The translations under genes were made by a program, and so were the position numbers. Of a stretch of 20,000 nucleotides of DNA, positions 16,716 through 20,000 are shown piece by piece. Position 1 is the first letter of the stretch. Each line of letters starts with the position of its first letter. The notes under the pieces were generated by a model. It saw nothing but the letters and a program-made list of their open reading frames with translations, had not been told where the DNA came from and ran no database searches. The stretch lies in the IMG/VR virus record IMGVR_UViG_3300025151_000026; one strand, given 5' to 3'. The DNA is from an uncultured virus (IMG/VR IMGVR_UViG_3300025151_000026) (lineage: Duplodnaviria; Heunggongvirae; Uroviricota; Caudoviricetes).

Positions 16716-16735
16716 ATTATTCACTTCTCCTCACG

Positions 16736-16745
16736 ACTATTTATA
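16736..16745 (-). promoter_or_regulatory. TATA-like promoter box TATAAATAGT
   Basis: Exact motif; 20 nt upstream of ATG 16715. Confidence 0.75.
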
Positions 16746-16746
16746 T

Positions 16747-19008
16747 TTACTGTTGTTCTCGGTTGTAAACCGCACCCAGACCCAAAAGAGCCAAAGGAAT
16801 AGTAAAGGCTGCCGCAATAGCACCAAAGCCTAATTTGTAACCTGTGCGGAATGGCTTTTCTAATTGAATAGGAACAGTAGGGTCAGCCAAACGACGTTGC
16901 TCGGCATCCATCTGGATTTCTTCTTGGATTTCTACCTGTTCTTGCAGTTCGTCTAAACGGGTAGCAATTTGATTACGATAACGAATCATTTCTTGTAACA
17001 AGGGGTGCTTAGGATTATCCATGGTTTGATACATAGTAGCGATGTCGCTTTCTAAGGACATATACAGTGAAAGCAGACGATCGAAATCTTGCTCATCATC
17101 AATAATTATATCTTCTCGGATTTCTAACAGAGTGTTGAACGGAGAATCAGCCGCAAACTCTTCGGCTTGCTTGAAGATTTTCTTGAATTGAGTTAGTTCC
17201 CTATCAGTGCGACGAACATTATATCCTGCATCACGACGAGCATCGGAATGTCCTTCGTTGTAAGCGTAAATAAAAGCATCGGATTCAGCACGTTGTCGCT
17301 TAAGTCCGGGGGTGCCATCCATGGGTTTCCAGTTAGCCATTTCTCCAAACTCCATTGGGTCCATAACAGGAGTGCTGTCTTCACTTTGGTAAAGAACGTC
17401 AAACTCTTCATCGGGTTGAGCACCCTCACCAAGAACAATATAAGCACCTTTGTAAGCCTCCATGCGGTTATCAGCGTAAACAGTAATTTGTCCCGTGTCT
17501 TCGTGTTCACCATCTACATAAATATAATAGGTAAAAGTATGGGCACGTTGGGGGTCGTAAGCCTTATCTCCATACCAATTCTTAATGACCATATCTTCAT
17601 CTTCGGCACCATAAAGTCCACCAGATGATTCTACCATGTCTTGTTGAGCCTCGGTATAGTTAAGGAAAGTATCGCCTGCGCCTACTAAGACTCCCAAAGG
17701 TGGGGCAGAAGCCGAGGAATATCCACTACCTGTGGGTGACATAGGTCCCGAGGTTTCCCACTCTACAATGCCATCATTCCAGACCGGAATATCTTCGGCA
17801 TCCATGTTATCATAATATTCTTCTAAAAAGTCTCGCCAGTGATTACCACAACGCTCTTCCAAATAAGCAGCATATTGGTCAACCAGACCACTTCCGAATG
17901 GTAATTCATGTGACTCTGCGGCATGAGTGCCAGTTTCAGCAGTATTGAAATCACTGTATTCGTGATACCATGTTACTGACACATCAACGTCAAATTGCTC
18001 ATCATAACTTGGGTCGCCATCATTAAAGGTATACTCAAAGTTTAATTTTCCTTCACCATCACCTGTGCTGCGAATCTCTTGTTCTACATAGTCCTCAAGT
18101 TCTCCCATCTGATCACCAGTCAAATCTTGGGGGGATTCATAGTCACATTGATATTTAATAGTTCCAAAAGACATACGCTCTCCTTCAAAACTACCGTAAT
18201 AAATATTACCATCTTCAGCATAATGTTGACGCATATAATCTACATCAGTAGCAGCGTCGTCCATTTCCCGTTCCTCTCGTTCACGCTTGAGACGTTCACG
18301 CTTGGTTTCAGCCTTCATAGCAGAAACACGATAATAACCTTCGCCTTCTGGCCCTCCTTCATCATAAATCCATTTAGCAGCACAAGGTTGGCAAATGTTG
18401 TCATGTCCTTCTATATCTCCACCGGGATTAGGTAATCCAGTAATATAACAGTTAGGACCTTCGGCATATTCAGTCCATTCTAAAAAGTCAATACCATCAA
18501 GGTGATCATCCTGACAAACAGTTTCTTCAGCAGCAAAAGGGTTATTAGATTCAGGAGTGCTTTGTGGACGATGTTCTTGGTGTTCTTGTTCTTGTTGTTG
18601 CGATTCACCGCCACTTTCAGTTCCACCATTTGATGGCGGAGTTGGTGTTTCTATCTCGTATTCGGGATTAATGCCAACGGGTTTTAAAGTTCCGCCAAGA
18701 TTTTCCCACATCAAATCAGAAGTAACGTGTCCCAAAGAAGGGTGGCTGTAAAGATTATATGGTTCAGCACCCATCTTGACTTCATCAACTAAATAATCAT
18801 CGTCAAAAGCACCGATTTGTTGTAGTTCAGCGATTTTGTCCTCACGGTCTAATTCCGAAAACTCTTCTTCAATAGTAATCATAAAATCTTCTAATTCATC
18901 GGGAGAATAAATATCCATTTTATAACCCAGTTGTTCTAACTGATCGAAATCTAACAGACGAAACATATCGTCTAATTGTTCATCACTGAAATATTGCACG
19001 AAAATCAC
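16747..19008 (-). CDS. Large acidic mosaic protein (~753 aa), putative polyprotein with recurrent xxAE motifs and a C-terminal TM anchor
   Basis: Long ORF with 13 AE dipeptides spaced between unrelated modules; C-terminal LGFGAIAAAFTIPLALLGLGAVY. GTG start at 19008 (GTGA overlap) or 18999. Confidence 0.72.
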   Translation of the reverse strand: MIFVQYFSDEQLDDMFRLLDFDQLEQLGYKMDIYSPDELEDFMITIEEEFSELDREDKIAELQQIGAFDDDYLVDEVKMGAEPYNLYSHPSLGHVTSDLMWENLGGTLKPVGINPEYEIETPTPPSNGGTESGGESQQQEQEHQEHRPQSTPESNNPFAAEETVCQDDHLDGIDFLEWTEYAEGPNCYITGLPNPGGDIEGHDNICQPCAAKWIYDEGGPEGEGYYRVSAMKAETKRERLKREREEREMDDAATDVDYMRQHYAEDGNIYYGSFEGERMSFGTIKYQCDYESPQDLTGDQMGELEDYVEQEIRSTGDGEGKLNFEYTFNDGDPSYDEQFDVDVSVTWYHEYSDFNTAETGTHAAESHELPFGSGLVDQYAAYLEERCGNHWRDFLEEYYDNMDAEDIPVWNDGIVEWETSGPMSPTGSGYSSASAPPLGVLVGAGDTFLNYTEAQQDMVESSGGLYGAEDEDMVIKNWYGDKAYDPQRAHTFTYYIYVDGEHEDTGQITVYADNRMEAYKGAYIVLGEGAQPDEEFDVLYQSEDSTPVMDPMEFGEMANWKPMDGTPGLKRQRAESDAFIYAYNEGHSDARRDAGYNVRRTDRELTQFKKIFKQAEEFAADSPFNTLLEIREDIIIDDEQDFDRLLSLYMSLESDIATMYQTMDNPKHPLLQEMIRYRNQIATRLDELQEQVEIQEEIQMDAEQRRLADPTVPIQLEKPFRTGYKLGFGAIAAAFTIPLALLGLGAVYNREQQ

Positions 19009-20000
19009 ACCTGTTCTTTGTATCCTTGACGAAGTTTACGGTTCATCTTCTTCATACCTTCTGCTTCTGACATCGGACCGAAGATAGTCATAGTTTTTCC
19101 GATACGACCATAGCCGTTAAACACACCACGGTTAGTAAAAGCGAAAACGTGATATTTGTTAGATGTTCCTTTACGGTTAGTAATGTATTCTGTGCGGTTA
19201 ATGCGAATGCCTTTGTAGCGTTGACGTAGGGCTTTCTTGACATCGGCTACATCAGTCGCCTTTTTAGGGTCAATACGAGCCATGGCTTCTAAATATAGTT
19301 CCTCAGCATCCCAGATCTCTTCAGCACGAGATTGTAGATTTTGGTGTCCTGAGTAGTTCAATGAAGCGTTATCAAAGTCACCATGAATAGCACTGGAAGT
19401 AGTGAGTTCGTCCATAGTAAAACTACCTAAGCCAGTGTCTTTACCAATATCCATAAGAGCACCTGCGCCAACATAAGGCGCATTAAACTCTTCTGCTCGG
19501 TAAGTAAAGTAACCCTTGCGCTCTTTGGCCTTGAGTTTCTTAGTAGCAGCAGCCACGGCTTGGGCTTGGTCACGAGTAGTCATAACATCAAACAAACGAG
19601 GGTTCTGGGCTAAGCCACCGTAGCCACCGAGAGCACGGAATACACCTTTGCCATTATTGTAGACAAAGACCATGTAAAACTTGTTGGTGTTAGCACCTTC
19701 CATACGAAGGGCATATGGACCCCAGACGCATTGTGAATATTCAAAGTTAGGGTCTATCTCGGCACGAATAGCCGAGCGAAGGTTGGCTTTTTCACGGTTG
19801 AGATTAGGGGCAGCCGTAGAAGCAGCAGCAAAGTATTCTGCAGATTTACCACGACGACCAGCCATAGCCTTGCGTGTCATACCACGCTTACCGTATTTCT
19901 TGGCACCAATCTTGTAAGCGGTGCGACGACCAATTTCATCAGCCTCTTGCTTGGACTTACCTTTGTCTTGGTATTGCATAGAAATCTTGTGAGCCAATTT
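19005..20000 (-). CDS. Protein with two WGR-like domains (>=330 aa, probably 5'-truncated)
   Basis: NTNKFYMVFV...GYGGL...KKLKAKERKGY (~19506-19715) and TSNKYHVFAF...GYGRIG...KMNRKLRQGY (~19017-19190) fit the WGR pattern (SNKFY...WGRIG...K.KKGY). The frame stays open to the window edge. Confidence 0.7.
   Translation of the reverse strand, partial: KLAHKISMQYQDKGKSKQEADEIGRRTAYKIGAKKYGKRGMTRKAMAGRRGKSAEYFAAASTAAPNLNREKANLRSAIRAEIDPNFEYSQCVWGPYALRMEGANTNKFYMVFVYNNGKGVFRALGGYGGLAQNPRLFDVMTTRDQAQAVAAATKKLKAKERKGYFTYRAEEFNAPYVGAGALMDIGKDTGLGSFTMDELTTSSAIHGDFDNASLNYSGHQNLQSRAEEIWDAEELYLEAMARIDPKKATDVADVKKALRQRYKGIRINRTEYITNRKGTSNKYHVFAFTNRGVFNGYGRIGKTMTIFGPMSEAEGMKKMNRKLRQGYKEQV

Noticed and set aside
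4453..16724. ORF-track starts at 4473, 9925, 10219, 12187, 12644, 14294 and 16724
   Set aside because: They fall in or upstream of the promoter spacer or lack a ribosome site. Downstream ATGs at 4452, 9907, 10198, 12169, 12638, 14246 and 16715 fit the spacing or Shine-Dalgarno rules.
2986..16745. T4-like late promoter (TATAAATA, gp55-dependent) interpretation of the box
   Set aside because: The core sequence matches, but the fixed 20-nt distance to ATG, several spacers lacking any Shine-Dalgarno and the absence of recognisable T4-like structural genes fit an archaeal TATA/leaderless model better. Not fully excluded, since some spacers contain GGAG/AGGAGG.
7557..19917. Remaining plus-strand ORFs and the nested minus-strand ORF 17193-17513
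   Set aside because: They overlap longer, signal-supported minus-strand genes and have no recognisable motifs.

Overview
A gene-dense 20 kb segment with all 22 credible genes on the minus strand. It looks like the virion-structural region of an uncharacterised dsDNA virus with archaeal-type expression signals; this identity is inferred. Left to right on the coordinates: (i) four Gly/Thr/Ala-rich modular fibre/spike genes (1-5952; the first is open at the window edge and missing from the ORF track); (ii) five beta-rich putative capsid-type genes, including two paralog pairs, plus a SAP-domain gene (5962-11219); (iii) eleven genes, ten with predicted transmembrane helices, several being acidic mosaic proteins whose modules are separated by a recurring x-x-A-E/(F)NA/YQSE motif that may be a protease cleavage signal (11252-19008); (iv) a 5'-truncated protein with two WGR-like domains (19005-20000). 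Thirteen intergenic gaps carry a TATAAATAGT-like box, ten of them exactly 20 nt upstream of an ATG, which is the geometry of leaderless archaeal promoters. Internal genes use GGTGA/GGAGG ribosome sites or stop/start overlaps. No terminase, portal, polymerase, integrase, RNA gene or CRISPR was recognised. All product calls are by eye, without database searches.
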